Shown in pieces: positions 62,729-64,000 of a stretch of 64,000 bases of DNA. A model generated the notes under the pieces. That model saw only the letters and a list, made by a program, of their open reading frames with translations. It was not told the DNA's origin and did not search any database. The position numbers and the translations under genes are program-made. The DNA comes from an uncultured Planctomycetaceae bacterium (GTDB lineage Bacteria; Planctomycetota; Planctomycetia; Isosphaerales; Isosphaeraceae), in assembly GCA_963833985.1 (NCBI GenBank), contig CAWIAD010000002.1:3136001-3200000 (forward strand). Direction: 5' to 3'. Within the stretch, counting starts at the first letter, position 1. Each line of letters opens with the position of its first letter.

Positions 62729-63781
62729 ATGACGATTGCCCGTGCGCATCTGGTCGATCCGACTGTGACCCGCTGGTATCACTGCATCACGCGGTGCGTA
62801 CGGCGGGCGTTTCTGCTGGGTGAAGGCGGGATCGACCGCAAGGAATGGATCGAACGGCGAGTCCAGGAACTTGCGGAGATCTTCTCGGTCGGCGTGGGCG
62901 GGTTCGCTGTCCTGGATAATCACCTGCATCTGCTGGTGCGGCTCGACCCGGATGTGGCGGCGGGGTGGGCGGATGAAGACGTCGTGCGGCGCTGGGGGAG
63001 GCTCTTTCCACCGCGCGACAAGGCGCGGCGGGCACTGCCGGTCTCGGACGCGTGGGTCAAGGAACGGCTGAAAGACGCGAAGTGGGTGGCGATGGCACGC
63101 CAGCGGCTGCAAAGCCTGAGCTGGTTCATGAAGTGCCTCAAGGAGCCGCTGTCGCGACTGGCGAACCGCGAGGAGAATGCCCGCGGGGCGTTCTTCGAGG
63201 GGCGATTCCAGAGCGTGGCGATCCTCGATGACGAATCGCTGCTGGCGACGTGCGCCTACATCGATCTGAACCCGGTGGCGGCGGGGATCGCCGAGGTGCC
63301 CGAGTCGAGCGCCCACACGTCGATCAAGGAGCGGGTGGAGCACGTCCAGGAGCAGGGCCGGGCGGAGGACCTGAAGGCTGCCGAGGCCGGCAGCGTGGCG
63401 GGGTCGCAGGCGGCGGAGGGGCTGGAAGAAGGGCTGTGGCTGTGCCCGATCGAGGACCGCCGGAGGCTGGACTCGGACTCGGACTCGGGTCGCGGTCGCG
63501 AAGGGATGGTCGAGGGGTTTTCGCTGGGCAGCTACCTGCTGCTTGTGGACTACACGGGTCGGCTGTATCGCGAGGGGAAGGCGGCGAGCTCGGCGGAGCT
63601 GGCGGGGATCCTGGAGCGACTGGGGAGCAATGCCGAGAGCTGGCAGGCACGGCTGCTGAAGCTGGCCGGCGGCAGGCTGCTGGGGCGGTTCTTCGCGGCG
63701 AGCCGGGAACGGCTGCGGGAGATCGCGGGGCGGCTGGGCCGGCATCACCTGGCGAACCTGGGCGGGTGCGCGGTGAGGTGA
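62729..63781 (+). CDS. Y1/HUH transposase (RAYT/IS200-like, long form)
   Basis: YHCITRCVRRAFL, DNHLHLLV (HUH), FFEGRFQS, AYIDLNPVAAG. Confidence 0.9.
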   Translation: MTIARAHLVDPTVTRWYHCITRCVRRAFLLGEGGIDRKEWIERRVQELAEIFSVGVGGFAVLDNHLHLLVRLDPDVAAGWADEDVVRRWGRLFPPRDKARRALPVSDAWVKERLKDAKWVAMARQRLQSLSWFMKCLKEPLSRLANREENARGAFFEGRFQSVAILDDESLLATCAYIDLNPVAAGIAEVPESSAHTSIKERVEHVQEQGRAEDLKAAEAGSVAGSQAAEGLEEGLWLCPIEDRRRLDSDSDSGRGREGMVEGFSLGSYLLLVDYTGRLYREGKAASSAELAGILERLGSNAESWQARLLKLAGGRLLGRFFAASRERLREIAGRLGRHHLANLGGCAVR

Positions 63782-64000
63782 CGTGGCGACGACGCGGCGA
63801 TGAGCGTGATGCTCGAGATGCTGGTCGGGCTCACGCCCGAGGTTGGGGGCTGCGCCCGTGAAAACCACGTGCTCACGCACGTGGCCATCCGTCGCGGACG
63901 CCAGGGCGCTGGAGCACGTGGCCATCCGGCGCTGGGTCGGCATCACCTGGCGAACCTGGCCGGCTGCCCGGCGCGGTGAGCGGCGACCACGAGGAGGGGA

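Larger units (their letters stand above)
62643..64000 (+). mobile_element. Y1/HUH (IS200/RAYT-like) transposable element; right end not visible in the window
   Basis: Abrupt junction inside the C5-MTase, own promoter, transposase gene, repeated transposase 3' end downstream. Confidence 0.7.

Noticed and set aside
63469..63487. GACTCG hexamer repeat in the Y1 transposase
   Set aside because: A short in-frame slippage (DSDSDS) with no evidence of function.

Overview
High-GC bacterial chromosome segment. The gene content points to a planctomycete, probably Isosphaeraceae-like (inferred from DUF4058/Uma2 paralogs, long ECF sigma fusions and oleCD). Most of the window is housekeeping or metabolic: a sugar-nucleotide cluster, nadA, glgB, mutS2, ruvAB, sua5, a dhs-like/pdaD pair, oleCD, AOR, rsfS, argS, an ArnT-like gene, truA, asd, tRNA-Asp and tRNA-Glu. 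Four accessory zones stand out. (1) At 1.1-4.6 kb, small integrase-less islets are stacked at the 3' end of tRNA-Asp, each bounded by a ~190-bp module made of a tRNA 3' fragment plus a conserved non-tRNA arm. (2) At 18.1-19.3 kb, a nested repeat structure contains a duplicated gene 3' end, ~130-bp inverted repeats with 9-mer arrays and a REP-like triplet. (3) At 49.6-53.1 kb, a head-to-tail ISKra4-like dimer carries three copies of a 9-bp target. (4) At 58.5-64 kb, an IS701 element, a lower-GC C5-MTase/HhH-GPD glycosylase/N6-MTase island and a Y1 (HUH) transposase element that cuts the C5-MTase at its catalytic motif. Many conserved genes, including essential argS, carry single-base frameshifts that are most likely long-read indel errors. 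All calls are from reading the sequence and ORF track; no searches were run.
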